A stretch of 64,000 nt of DNA from a phage. The stretch is from sequence record NC_103192.1, one strand, 5' to 3'. The notes under the pieces were generated by a model, which saw nothing but the letters and a program-made list of their open reading frames with translations, ran no database searches and was not told the DNA's origin. Below, piece after piece: positions 1 through 9,939 of the stretch. Made by a program: the position numbers and the translations under genes. The first letter of the stretch is position 1. Every line of letters begins with the position of its first letter.

Positions 1-951
1 TATTTAAAAGTTTTGATGGACGAGATTTTTGGTCGTGCAAATCAGTTAAATACCATATCGATGACCACAAATTCCCCTTCGGGATTTAAGGCAACAGGAG
101 CCACAGTTTTCTCCACAGCAAACTTTTTGCTAGTATATGCAAAAGATCGCACCCAGAAACCGCTTAACAAAATCTATATACCTAAAGGGTATGATACAGG
201 ATATAACAAATACCTATTAAACCCGGATGACCATTATAAAAATTGGACGTGGTGCGGTATTGCCGATGCGTTTGCAAAGGCCAATGGCTATAAAGATGCA
301 AAAGAAGCCAAGAAAAAACTGCCTGATACATTCGATGATGAATTAGCACAATTCGCAATTGATAATGCAGAACGTGTATTTCAATCTGTTGCAATTGGCG
401 GTGGTGCTAAAATAAAGAGAAAAGAAACTATCGAGAAGTCAAAGAAAGACAGGGATAAGGTTTATGTACATCCAAATGAAGATGTTGAAGGATTTTATAT
501 CGCAAATGGTAGGCAAATGGTCTTTTACTCCAACAGGCTTTTGGAAATTGACGGTGAGATGCAACCTGCGGAACTAATAACTGATGTTTGGACAGACATT
601 AGTTGGAATGGGATAGCAAATGAAGGTGGCGTTAGTTTCAAAAATGGGAAAAAACCAGAAGCGCTTTTGAAGCGAATTTTCGAAATGTGTACGCGAGAAG
701 GTGATTTGGTATTGGATTCATTCGGTGGTTCGGGAACTACTGCTGCTGTAGCTCACAAGATGAAAAGACGTTGGATCTCAATCGAGCTAGGTGATCATTG
801 TCATACCCATATTATTCCGCGCTTGGAAAAAGTGATCGATGGTGAAGATCAAGGTGGTATTTCTAAGTCTGTAAACTGGCAAGGTGGTGGTGGCTTCCGT
901 TATTACAAACTTGCCCCGACCTTAATTGCGAAAGATAAGTCTGACCAATAA
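1..951 (+). CDS. DNA methyltransferase (N6-adenine/N4-cytosine, beta-class-like), C-terminal part; 5' end probably outside window
   Basis: Reading frame open to window edge; SAM-binding motif I-like DSFGGSGTT near C-terminus; no DPPY-type motif IV inside window, so catalytic N-terminal part presumably upstream. Confidence 0.6.
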   Translation, partial: YLKVLMDEIFGRANQLNTISMTTNSPSGFKATGATVFSTANFLLVYAKDRTQKPLNKIYIPKGYDTGYNKYLLNPDDHYKNWTWCGIADAFAKANGYKDAKEAKKKLPDTFDDELAQFAIDNAERVFQSVAIGGGAKIKRKETIEKSKKDRDKVYVHPNEDVEGFYIANGRQMVFYSNRLLEIDGEMQPAELITDVWTDISWNGIANEGGVSFKNGKKPEALLKRIFEMCTREGDLVLDSFGGSGTTAAVAHKMKRRWISIELGDHCHTHIIPRLEKVIDGEDQGGISKSVNWQGGGGFRYYKLAPTLIAKDKSDQ

Positions 952-964
952 AGAGTACAATCAA

Positions 965-1270
965 ATGATGAAACGTTATAAACCATACACTTTTGAAATC
1001 GATTTCGAACTTGACGATATGTTCACTGTGGAAGCTCAGGCAGTTGTCCAGTTGCCAGACCCAGAGTGCCGTGATTCTGATGTTGACTATTACGGATTTA
1101 GACAAATTACCGATGTGCATGTTTACCACAACGGTGAAGAGGTTGACTTTCACCAACTGCCAAACGATATGCGCCACTCAATTTACAAACGTGCAGCCCG
1201 TGAACTAGAGTCCTATCTGGATGCAGCGACGACAGCAGCTGCATTTGCTGAAGAAGTGGGAGGTTTCTGA
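965..1270 (+). CDS. hypothetical protein
   Basis: ORF in track (926..1270); start moved to first ATG past upstream gene stop. Confidence 0.45.
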   Translation: MMKRYKPYTFEIDFELDDMFTVEAQAVVQLPDPECRDSDVDYYGFRQITDVHVYHNGEEVDFHQLPNDMRHSIYKRAARELESYLDAATTAAAFAEEVGGF

Positions 1271-1668
1271 TGATTACAGGTGTGAAGATTATCCAATACC
1301 ACTTAACCAAATTGGAAGATGCTGAAAAAGAGCTTGCAGAAGTTCTGAATAGTGGATATACTTTACTATCATGCGCCTGCTCAGACACCTACGTTGTGTG
1401 GACACTTATCCGGAAGGAAGAGCCTGCAGGGATCTTGGTGCCAAACCCTAAGATTATTAGTGAGGTGGATGACTATTCCCAGGACGGCCTGCCAGAAGGC
1501 TGGGAAGTATGGGAAGGTGGTGAAAACCCTGCACCAGGTAAGTGGGTAAAATATAAACTACGTAGTGGTGCACAGTACGCTGACTACTCTGATGACCTAG
1601 ACTGGAGTCATTCTTCACCAGGATCGTCTGCAAGTTCATATGATATCGTTGCTTTTCAGGAAGAATAA
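1270..1668 (+). CDS. hypothetical protein
   Basis: 132-aa ORF, ATG overlaps upstream stop (coupled). Confidence 0.5.
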   Translation: MITGVKIIQYHLTKLEDAEKELAEVLNSGYTLLSCACSDTYVVWTLIRKEEPAGILVPNPKIISEVDDYSQDGLPEGWEVWEGGENPAPGKWVKYKLRSGAQYADYSDDLDWSHSSPGSSASSYDIVAFQEE

Positions 1669-1680
1669 GGAGATAGTGTT

Positions 1681-2163
1681 ATGTCAGATTTTATGTGGAA
1701 AGTAGGTTACGCAGCTCCTGAAATGTGTGAGGCTTGCTTTGTGAAAATAGGCCGCGAGGATATCGACAAAGTGATCCTTAAGTTTCGTGATGTGGCTGTG
1801 ATCGGCAACCGAGTGCTTAAGCACTTAAAGAATCTGAAGCTCACCAAAAAGAAGTTCTTCGGACTTTTCGAAGAGAAAGTCGATGCTTGGACCCATTGCA
1901 TTCAGGAAGCTAAATCTCACTACAGTGCTATCGTTACCCCAGAACGGGTAGCCAAGATGGAAGGATTTATCAACAGCACAGAGTTTGAGTGCTTAAAGGC
2001 GGCTCTTGATAGTTATCCAAAGTGCCTCAAACACCTTGACAAGTATGTGGAAAAGGATGGGGAAATGTATCTCACCCTGGACGCATACTATGAGATGCAA
2101 GAAATTTTAAATTTAGATTTGACATTGGTATCCACCGAGTATACAATAGGTATCCGGGTTTAA
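1681..2163 (+). CDS. hypothetical protein
   Basis: 160-aa ORF preceded by AAGGAGA RBS. Confidence 0.6.
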   Translation: MSDFMWKVGYAAPEMCEACFVKIGREDIDKVILKFRDVAVIGNRVLKHLKNLKLTKKKFFGLFEEKVDAWTHCIQEAKSHYSAIVTPERVAKMEGFINSTEFECLKAALDSYPKCLKHLDKYVEKDGEMYLTLDAYYEMQEILNLDLTLVSTEYTIGIRV

Positions 2164-2171
2164 CACTAGGC

Positions 2172-2196
2172 CCTGCCCGAAAGGGTGGGGCTTTTT
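2172..2196 (+). terminator. rho-independent terminator (GNRA-loop hairpin ccctgccc-gaaa-gggtgggg + T-run)
   Basis: 8-bp stem with GAAA tetraloop followed by CTTTTT; identical copy at 14251. Confidence 0.6.
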
Positions 2197-2214
2197 GCAT
2201 TAGGAGACAGCAAA

Positions 2215-2979
2215 TTGAAATTTATCTACAAAGAACACCACCACAAAGGTGTTGTGTGGAGTCTATTTGACGGGTCTGGTGGTGCAGTCATTGACTGGGC
2301 TAAAGCTGGGTATCTGTGCCTGTGCTTTAACGCAGAAGGTGCTGACCATGGTAGTTATGCAGAGGTGATAACCGATCATCCTAACATTCACTACGTTGAT
2401 TATTGGATTGACCCGTGGTTCCCTCAAGAAACTTTTTGCATGTACCCAGCTCCAGACTTTATTCTTGCATTTCCTCCGTGCACGCATTTAGCAGTATCAG
2501 GTGCTGCACATTTTAAGAAAAAGCTGGCTAAGGACCCTCTGATTCAAATTAATGCTGTAAAAGATGCTCGGGTTGCAGAAGAGTTGGGAGAGATTTACGA
2601 TTGCCCGTGGCATGTAGAGAACCCTGTAGGGGTTATGTCCACACTGTGGCGAAAACCTGATTACCGTTTTCATCCTTCTGATTATGGCGGGTATTTACCA
2701 GAAGATGATGTAAACCCGTGGTTTCCTGAATTTATAGCTCCACGTGATGCCTACCCAAAAATAACTTGCGGTTGGATAGGCAATGGATTTATAATCCCAG
2801 CCACAAAACCTGTCCCGCAAATAGTGGATGCGGTTAGTGGTTATTCTATGCAACACGCTAAGCTAGGTGGAAAGAGTGCAAGGACGAAGATGATTCGAAG
2901 CCTTACACCACGTGGCTGGGCAAGAGCTGTATTCTTAGCAAACGAGACTGTAGTAAGGAGCAGAATTAATGGGCAGTAA
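2215..2979 (+). CDS. putative DNA (cytosine-5)-methyltransferase-like protein
   Basis: Motif I-like LFDGSGG, motif IV-like FPPCT (Pro-Cys), motif VI-like HVENP; TTG start 7 nt after TAGGAGA RBS; short for a canonical C5-MTase. Confidence 0.5.
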   Translation: MKFIYKEHHHKGVVWSLFDGSGGAVIDWAKAGYLCLCFNAEGADHGSYAEVITDHPNIHYVDYWIDPWFPQETFCMYPAPDFILAFPPCTHLAVSGAAHFKKKLAKDPLIQINAVKDARVAEELGEIYDCPWHVENPVGVMSTLWRKPDYRFHPSDYGGYLPEDDVNPWFPEFIAPRDAYPKITCGWIGNGFIIPATKPVPQIVDAVSGYSMQHAKLGGKSARTKMIRSLTPRGWARAVFLANETVVRSRINGQ

Positions 2980-5047
2980 ATTCATGGCATCTGCATATAA
3001 CCGCTATGGAGAGCCTAACCCAGTTGCAACAAGATACAAAAGCGGAGGCAGTATGAAACGAGACTATCGTGATGAAAAAGAGGTCGAAACTGTAGAAGCT
3101 GTTTTAGAAAATACTAAAATTGTCCCTGTTCCACAACAAAATATCGGACTGATGGCTGCACAATATTTTGGGGTGCGATCAGCATTGTCTCAAGAAGACG
3201 GGGTAACGGTCACTGCAACATATTTCCCATATTACGACCGCTACGGTAATCTATCCGGTTTCAAAAAGCGCGATTGGTCTAAGCCGAAAGAGCAGAAAGG
3301 GCACTGGTCTGTAGTAGGGATCGTGAAGGCCAGCTCCCAGATGTTCGGTCAAAAGCTGTGTGCATCCTCCAACAACCGTAAACAGATTAACGTTTGCGAG
3401 GGGGAGGGTGATGTTATTGCAGCATGGCAGGCTGCATATCAGATACAAGTAAAAGGGATTCTCACCAATGCTAAAGCCCCAGCGAAGGTGAAGCAGTGGG
3501 CTAAAGAAGTCCAGGATGGGATCGATGCAGTTATCAACGGCGGCGATCTGGCAGGAAAACCCTGCCTGCCTTTTGTTGGAATTAACTGCGGGTGTGCAAA
3601 CGCCGTAGACACTTTTGCGAACAATGAGAAATTTATCCGTAGCTACGGAACAGTGGTCCTTGCAATGGACAACGATGCAGCTAACGAGGTAGAGAAGCAA
3701 AAACACGTTATCAAAGGTGTTGAAGCCACACATAATATCGCAGCATTTTTGATGGCTGATAACGTTTACCACGTGGAATACCCAGGTGAGGTAAACGACC
3801 CTGATGGTGTAAAAGATATCCGTGACATGCTGAAGGCTAAAAAGCTGGAAGATATTGTCAACATGTTCCGTCACCCAGTCAAATATGTGCCTGATGCTGT
3901 ATCTGATTTAGAAGACTTCTCCATTGAATCTCTTCGTAAGAAGACTTCTAATGGCGTAGATATCAGTGCGGAGTTCCCTAAATTGCAGAAGATGCTGAAA
4001 GGACTCCACAAAGGCACCTTGATGATGCTGACAGGACCATCTGGTGGCGGTAAAACAACTGTAGCCAAGAAGCTGGAACACTGTATTGCAAGATACTTGA
4101 TGGATCCAACATGCCCTAAAGCTGATGATTATGAAGAGGATGATCGCCTGTGCCTGATTCACCTTGAAGAGGATCCAGAGGAAGCAATCAACTCTCTATA
4201 TGCTAACCAGTTAGGGTTTGATGTTAAAGAGTTTGTTGAAGACCCCAGTCAGTTCCTGACCGATCAGGAGCATGCTGAGATTCATCAATCTTGGGCCAAG
4301 GCCGGAAAAATCAAAGTGTTCAAACATTTCGGTTCTATCCCTGTAGATGAACTGATTACCAAGCTTAAACAAATGGTATGTCTGTATCATTGCCGTTACA
4401 TTGTGCTGGATCACCTGTCCATGGTGATTTCAGGGCTTAATGTTAAGGATGAGCGCAAAGAACTTGACATGGCTATGACTCAACTAGCCGCGTTCTGTAA
4501 GCAGTTTAATGTGTTTATCCTGGTGATTGCTCACCTGAAGCGCACAGAGATTGTACCTCCGAAGGATAAGGATGGAAATCCGTTACCTTTCTGGTACCCT
4601 GTACGAAAAGAGAACCTTCGCGGTAGTGCCGGATTGGAGCAACTTAGCTGGGTGGTTGTCGGGGTAGAGGCAGAGGAGATGGTGGATCGTTCCCGTGGAC
4701 GTGTCCGACTGGTAGGTCTTAAAAACCGCCCAGCAAAAACCTTAGGTATTGCAGACACTCTAGTTATGGATCCCCACACAGGCAAGTTCCATGATGCCAG
4801 CAACTGGTACTGGGACAAAGAAATGCAGATGTTTACAGACGGGGAAGGTGGGGAGGTTGTTTGGAGACCTCAGGCTATGTTTGAGGATCAGGAGCATGCA
4901 GTTGTAGAAACACCTGTGGGCAAGGTTGTGGCTGATAAGGTTATAACTCCTGCTGTTAACCCTGTTGACACACAGGAAGATCTTCAGTACGATGATCCAT
5001 CCTCTGACCCGGTCCCTGGTTTTGAGGATGATGAAACGCCTTTTTAA
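2969..5047 (+). CDS. DNA primase-helicase (T7 gp4-like: TOPRIM primase + DnaB-family helicase)
   Basis: TOPRIM motifs VCEGEGD and VLAMDNDAANE; Walker A GPSGGGKTT; Walker B-like IVLDHL; 692 aa. Confidence 0.85.
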   Translation: MGSKFMASAYNRYGEPNPVATRYKSGGSMKRDYRDEKEVETVEAVLENTKIVPVPQQNIGLMAAQYFGVRSALSQEDGVTVTATYFPYYDRYGNLSGFKKRDWSKPKEQKGHWSVVGIVKASSQMFGQKLCASSNNRKQINVCEGEGDVIAAWQAAYQIQVKGILTNAKAPAKVKQWAKEVQDGIDAVINGGDLAGKPCLPFVGINCGCANAVDTFANNEKFIRSYGTVVLAMDNDAANEVEKQKHVIKGVEATHNIAAFLMADNVYHVEYPGEVNDPDGVKDIRDMLKAKKLEDIVNMFRHPVKYVPDAVSDLEDFSIESLRKKTSNGVDISAEFPKLQKMLKGLHKGTLMMLTGPSGGGKTTVAKKLEHCIARYLMDPTCPKADDYEEDDRLCLIHLEEDPEEAINSLYANQLGFDVKEFVEDPSQFLTDQEHAEIHQSWAKAGKIKVFKHFGSIPVDELITKLKQMVCLYHCRYIVLDHLSMVISGLNVKDERKELDMAMTQLAAFCKQFNVFILVIAHLKRTEIVPPKDKDGNPLPFWYPVRKENLRGSAGLEQLSWVVVGVEAEEMVDRSRGRVRLVGLKNRPAKTLGIADTLVMDPHTGKFHDASNWYWDKEMQMFTDGEGGEVVWRPQAMFEDQEHAVVETPVGKVVADKVITPAVNPVDTQEDLQYDDPSSDPVPGFEDDETPF

Positions 5048-5061
5048 TGTTTAACAAAGAG

Positions 5062-5090
5062 TGGGAGGGGTAGTACAACCGCCTCCCCTT
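5062..5090 (+). terminator. possible weak terminator/hairpin (gggagg...cctccc)
   Basis: 6-bp GC stem, short T-run; overlaps RBS of polymerase gene. Confidence 0.3.
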
Positions 5091-5105
5091 TAAGGAGAAC
5101 TGTAT

Positions 5106-8100
5106 ATGAGCATGTATAGCTTCGATTTTGAGGCCTCCGGGCTTTTGGAAGATCCAGATCTTTATTATCACTGCGGCCTGTTTAAAGAGCTGAATAAGAA
5201 CCGTTTTATGCTGTTCCTCCCTCTAAATGACCGCACACACTACTCCGAGGAGGATATAGAGAAGGCTAAGAACTTTATTCTGGCAAAGAAAACTCTTTAT
5301 AAAGATTTTGAAGTTCGCATAGCAGATTTTTCAGAGTTGGAAGGTTGGCTTACAGGCAATTCTGACTGGTCACCAACAGCTTTGAACTGCCATAACTGCT
5401 ACAGTTATGACTTTATGCTGATGGAGAGATTATCCGGTATTCATTTTGATATGTTCCGTGATCCTAAATGCATGGGTACTATCAACGATCACCAGGTTAA
5501 CCTGTTTGATACGTTGGCGATGAGCCGAATCTTGTGGCCTGATCGCCCTTTACCAAAAGGTTGCCCGGACGCTGTATTCAACCCGGTTACTAAGAAAATG
5601 CAGCCTGTTGGTCCTCACGGCCTTATGGCATGGGGCTACGCTCTTGGTAACCAGAAAGTTCAAATTGATGACTGGCGCGATCTTCCGCTGTGGAAGTATG
5701 TGGATCGTGTATTTGAGGACGTTATCATCCAGGAGCTGCTCTGGAAAGAGCTAGTAGCGGAATCAAAAGGTGTATTCTACGGCAAATCTGACATGCAGAA
5801 CTTCATGTATGACCCTGCCAAAGAGAAGCCTAAAGGATTCAAGAAGATTACCTGGAAGAATGCATTACGCCGAGGCATGCTGCAGCACTTCCTGATGGAG
5901 CTGCAGGCCCGTCAGGGTGTGTATTTCGACATAGATGGGGCTATTGCTTTACGTGACCGTTGCGATGCGTGGATGAAAGAGATCGCTGATCGTGTTGAAC
6001 CTCAACTCCCTTTAAAAGAGTTGTCAATATCTCAGCGGCCCAAGTTCCCTGAAAAGCCGTTTAACCAAGATGGGACAATCTCCAATAATGGTTGGAAATG
6101 GTTAAAAGATAAGCTTGGCTACCCTGTGGACATGAGCGCTTTAGATTTCAAAGCCCCACCTAAGCGAGCATTTACCTCCACAGGAGATGTCAGTAAGATG
6201 GGGATAAAATGGTGTGAAGAGATGGGCTGCAAAGACCCCGATAAGATGGCTGCTTTCTTGAGAGGCTATATTAAGGGCACTTCCACACCACAACCTTTAC
6301 CTAAAGAGCTGATGGATCAGGCAATAAGTGATCTACAGCAGAAGCGAATGCCTGACTGCAAGATACCTATGAAAATCAGCAATCAGGACGACATTAAGCG
6401 ATACCTGATCAGTGCTGGTTGGCTTCCGACAATGTGGAGAACTAAGGATGTAACTAAAGACAGCAAGAAGAAAGCTCTACCTGATGCAGATGTTGATGCA
6501 CGAGTATATGCATATATGGACGAGCTTTTAGAGTCAGAGTATTGTGACCTAATTATCAACTTCTGGAACAAAACTGATGCTAAGTTTCAGACAACAGTGC
6601 ACAAGTTCCGAAGCTTTCCTAACTCCGAAAGGATTAAAAAGGAAGTATTCGGGAAAATACGCAGAAAAGCTAGGGCACTTATTACTTCCCCGCAACTGAA
6701 AGATACGTTTGGACACCTATGCCCGAATCTTGAAAGATTGAACGGAGAGATGGCTAAAGATATCGTCTTGTGGTTATCATTGCGAAACCGCAGATCGGTA
6801 CTTGATCCAATCAAGGAGGATAAGGTTGATACTGGTCTTCTTAATCACCCACGTTTGAAGATTGACCATAAGCTTCCTGCTAAAAGCTCTGGATTAACAA
6901 ACACTTCCCGACAGAAACACAGTATTTGTGCAAACATGCCTAAACCATCTCCTAAAGTGGTTATGGGTAAAGAGATGCGTAGTCTGTGGGGTGTTCCTCC
7001 AGGATACTTTGAGATCGGTATTGACGGGTCTAACTTGGAGCAGCTTATCGGGGCTTGGGGTGCCTTTGAGTTCGACAACGGCCTGTATTACGATGTTGTA
7101 AGTAACGGCGATGCACACTGTTATTCAGGAGATACACAAATTCTCACGGAGAAAGGGTGGGTGAGGTTTGAAGATCTTGATCCGGGAACACAAGTGTTCC
7201 AGTACGATCACAACACCTCGTCGATGAACCTTGTTACTCCATTAAATTACGTTAAGCGTAGTTATTGTGGGGATATGTATCATTTCCACAACAGCGGTGT
7301 GGATTTTATGGTTACAGATCAACACAGGATGCTGACCGTGGATCACAGAAGCAATAAATTGTTTGAAGATTTGGCAAAAGACCTGAAAGCAGGTAAAGGG
7401 TCTAATTCAGGAAGAAGGTTTATCCATGCGGCAGAGTTTTATGGGAATACAACCTTATCTCCTGCCCAGGTTAATTTGCTTATTGCTATTCACGATGATG
7501 GGCACTTGCATACAAATAAGGACGGCAGCATCGTGTGCAGGATTCAGGTCGGGAAGGGCAGAAAAGTTGCAACGCTTTTAGATACTTTTTCTGCTCTAAG
7601 CCTTAGTTATGTAGAGCAGAGCGGGAAAACCACAAAAGGGGGCTTACTGGCGAGAAGGTTCCAATTCCACGTTCCGTCCTGGGTATTTGAGTTTTTGGAC
7701 AGCAATAAGGATTTCACCTACAACCTGATGGACCTTGATAAAGAATCTAAAAACCTGTTTATAGCTTCTTTATCTAACTGGGACGGGTGGGTATCTTCCG
7801 AAGGTGGAAAAGTTGCCTACTACTCTCAGGCCGAGTGCAGGAAGAAATCTGTAGAGGTTGTGTCTGCGCTGGCTACTCAGTGTGGTTTACGGAATAATAC
7901 GGTAGCGATTCACAAAAAAGGTCGTTCCGTACAGCACAGAATCACGATTGGTAGCAAACAGAGAGCAGGGTTGCTGACACTATCTAAAGAGTCTGTCGAG
8001 GTGAGCGGTTCTTTGGTTTATTGCGTTACCGTCCCTTCTGGAGCAATCATTGTGAGAAGGAATGGTAAAGTGGCAGTGTGCGGTAACTGTAATAACGCCA

Positions 8101-8498
8101 AAGCTTACTCTTCTGTAGCAGGCAAGGAGATTTCCCGTAACGATGGTAAGCCTGTCACGTACGGTGTTATGTACGGGGCACAAAAAGATAAAGTTGCAGA
8201 TATGCTGGACATCTCTCCAGAGTTGGGACAAAGGGTAATCGATGCGCTTTGGGATGCCAACCCCGGTCTTAAGGGGCGTAAAGAGGATCTGGAGAAATTC
8301 TGGGAAGCAACTGGTAAGAAGTTTATCTACTCTTTTGATGGTCATGCCATCTGGACCCGATCTAAACACTCTTTACTTAATGCATACCAACAAAATGGTG
8401 GTGCATCGTTGTGTGACTTAGTTGGGATACTCATGCACCACCAAATGGTGAAGCGTGGGTGGTACGATGAAGGTGTTCGCCGTATTATCTATTACCAT
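5106..8498 (+). CDS. family A DNA polymerase, exon 1 (contains intein 7119..8087)
   Basis: 3'-5' exo motif FDFEASGL; Pol A motif A IGIDGSNLEQ and motif B RNDGKPVTYGVMYGAQ flanking intein; ORF stop 8502..8504 lies in intron. Confidence 0.85.
7119..8087 (+). mobile_element. intein (about 323 aa) with LAGLIDADG-type homing endonuclease-like insert, in DNA polymerase between motifs A and B
   Basis: N-terminal block CYSGDTQILTEKGW, C-terminal ...VYCVTVP...VCGN followed by +1 Cys; internal LLIAIHDDGH and LFIASLSNWDGW dodecapeptide-like motifs; exteins rejoin to ...SNGDAH|CNNAKAY... matching T7-like spacing. Confidence 0.75.
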
Positions 8499-8826
8499 AA
8501 ATAACATTGTGGCTTCGTGCAGTGATGCACGTCGAAAACCTCTTTAATTGACGGGAAGGCTAAGTTGACTTTTACACCTAAACATGGTAAAAGCTCGATA
8601 TGCTAATCCGCAGCGAAGCATCCGAGAGGATGAACGTTCAGAGACTATCGAAAGCATAGCTCCAGCATAGTTTGGTGTGAAGAAGCGAGTAGAGTAGGCC
8701 AGCAAGTGCGGTCGAAATGAGAGGTGCCTTGGTAACAAGGCAGTGAGATAGTCCGATCCATACGGGAAACTGTATGGCTATGCACGTAATGGTGCGGGGT
8801 AGCTTAACGACCTACCTGAACTATTG
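8499..8826 (+). ncRNA. group I self-splicing intron (no ORF) in DNA polymerase motif C
   Basis: Exon ends on U (..YYH, cat) with IGS-like GUGG at intron nt 10-13; core elements P-like ttgacgggaagg, Q-like aatccgcagcg, R gttcagagactatcgaaagc, S gagatagtcc; terminal G at 8826; splicing restores YYHDEYQLQV (Pol A motif C HDE). Confidence 0.75.
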
Positions 8827-9180
8827 GATGAGTACCAACTTCAAGTACCTGACACACCGAAGTATAAGACTGTGTACACCTTCGACACAATCGAAGAACT
8901 GGAAGCATTTAAGGCAGAGCAGGAGGCCAAACTTCATGTGTTCGACGGTCATAAGTACAAAAAGGCACGCAAGGATGAGGACGGAAACGAAGTGGTTGAC
9001 AGAGACGGAAACACGGTGTACGATCCTATCCTGAACGATGACGGAAAGCTTGAACTTATCTGGAGCCCTGTGGGTGAAATGGTGGTGCATTGCTTCTGGC
9101 AAGCTTCTAAAATGATGGGCGTCCCATTCCAGATCACAGGTGAATACTTGTGTGGGGCTAATTGGGGTAGTTGTCACTAA
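8827..9180 (+). CDS. family A DNA polymerase, exon 2 (C-terminal 117 aa)
   Basis: Begins DEYQLQV completing motif C; ends ...GANWGSCH, which I recall as resembling the T7 DNA polymerase C-terminus. Confidence 0.8.
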   Translation, partial: DEYQLQVPDTPKYKTVYTFDTIEELEAFKAEQEAKLHVFDGHKYKKARKDEDGNEVVDRDGNTVYDPILNDDGKLELIWSPVGEMVVHCFWQASKMMGVPFQITGEYLCGANWGSCH

Positions 9181-9229
9181 TGTAAACTATCAACACATGG
9201 AAGTGTTGTTGAGCAAAGAGGAGACTTTT

Positions 9230-9514
9230 ATGGTAGTAGAACCAACAAAAACATTTACATCCATGACTATCCCTGTTATTATGCAGGTGGAGTGTGTTCA
9301 GGTATCTCAAGTGTGGCCTGGCACTAAAATCCCAACAGGGCCTGATTTCTTTCAGGTTGGGAAAGTGTATAATGTCTGGAAGGCACCAGATTGTTACCCT
9401 TTCATTAAAGATGACCGTGGGATGCTGTGGTATCTTGGAAATGATTTGACACTGCACCTTGGGAATGCTATTATTGCAGTATTCAGACTTAACAAGAAGG
9501 AGACCGATCAATGA
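9230..9514 (+). CDS. hypothetical protein (paralog family KDdxGxxWfl)
   Basis: ATG after AAAGAGGAG RBS; shares IKDDRGMLWYLG motif with next two genes. Confidence 0.55.
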   Translation: MVVEPTKTFTSMTIPVIMQVECVQVSQVWPGTKIPTGPDFFQVGKVYNVWKAPDCYPFIKDDRGMLWYLGNDLTLHLGNAIIAVFRLNKKETDQ

Positions 9515-9738
9515 CAACTTTGGTTAAAGCTACTTTTGTAGAAGAAAAGATGACAGACCTGTCCTTCTTTAAAGAAGGAAAGACCTACGAGGTTTATTAC
9601 GATAAAAATCGTGCAAACAAGATGATTAAAGACGAGGAAGGGATTGCCTGGTTTATCTCCCATCTGGCAAACGGTGAGTATCATATCTACGGAACCACCC
9701 TGCTTGCCAAGTTTGTAGCTGTTGAAGAGGATCTATGA
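9511..9738 (+). CDS. hypothetical protein (paralog family KDdxGxxWfl)
   Basis: 75-aa ORF, RBS AAGAAGGAG; IKDEEGIAWFIS motif. Confidence 0.55.
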   Translation: MTTLVKATFVEEKMTDLSFFKEGKTYEVYYDKNRANKMIKDEEGIAWFISHLANGEYHIYGTTLLAKFVAVEEDL

Positions 9739-9929
9739 AAGTAAAGTATCTGGCTGAAGGTATGAGTAGGTATTTTACCCTCGGAGAGGAGTATTGGCCC
9801 TTTACGGAAAATGGAGATGTATACGTGAAGGATGACCAAGGTGTGCCGTGGTTTCTGCACCATAATGGGTTGGGGTATTCCATCTACTGTGGTGCAGTGA
9901 ACAATACAACCCTTGCAGAGTTTGTCTAG
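9735..9929 (+). CDS. hypothetical protein (paralog family KDdxGxxWfl)
   Basis: 64-aa ORF, coupled start; VKDDQGVPWFLH motif. Confidence 0.55.
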   Translation: MKVKYLAEGMSRYFTLGEEYWPFTENGDVYVKDDQGVPWFLHHNGLGYSIYCGAVNNTTLAEFV

Positions 9930-9939
9930 AGGAGGCAGA

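Noticed and set aside
2185-2214. Track start (2185) for the C5-MTase-like gene.
   Set aside because: That start codon lies inside the upstream terminator hairpin; a TTG at 2215 with a TAGGAGA RBS 7 nt upstream is more plausible.
3251-4818. Antisense ORFs within the primase-helicase gene (3251..3874, 3908..4162, 4531..4818, all minus).
   Set aside because: Fully embedded antisense to a gene with strong motif support; no independent signals.
8544-9034. ORF-track entries 8544..8738 (-) and 8774..9034 (+) inside or overlapping the polymerase intron and exon 2.
   Set aside because: They lie within the group I intron core or are out of frame with the polymerase C-terminal exon; no RBS; best explained as chance ORFs.
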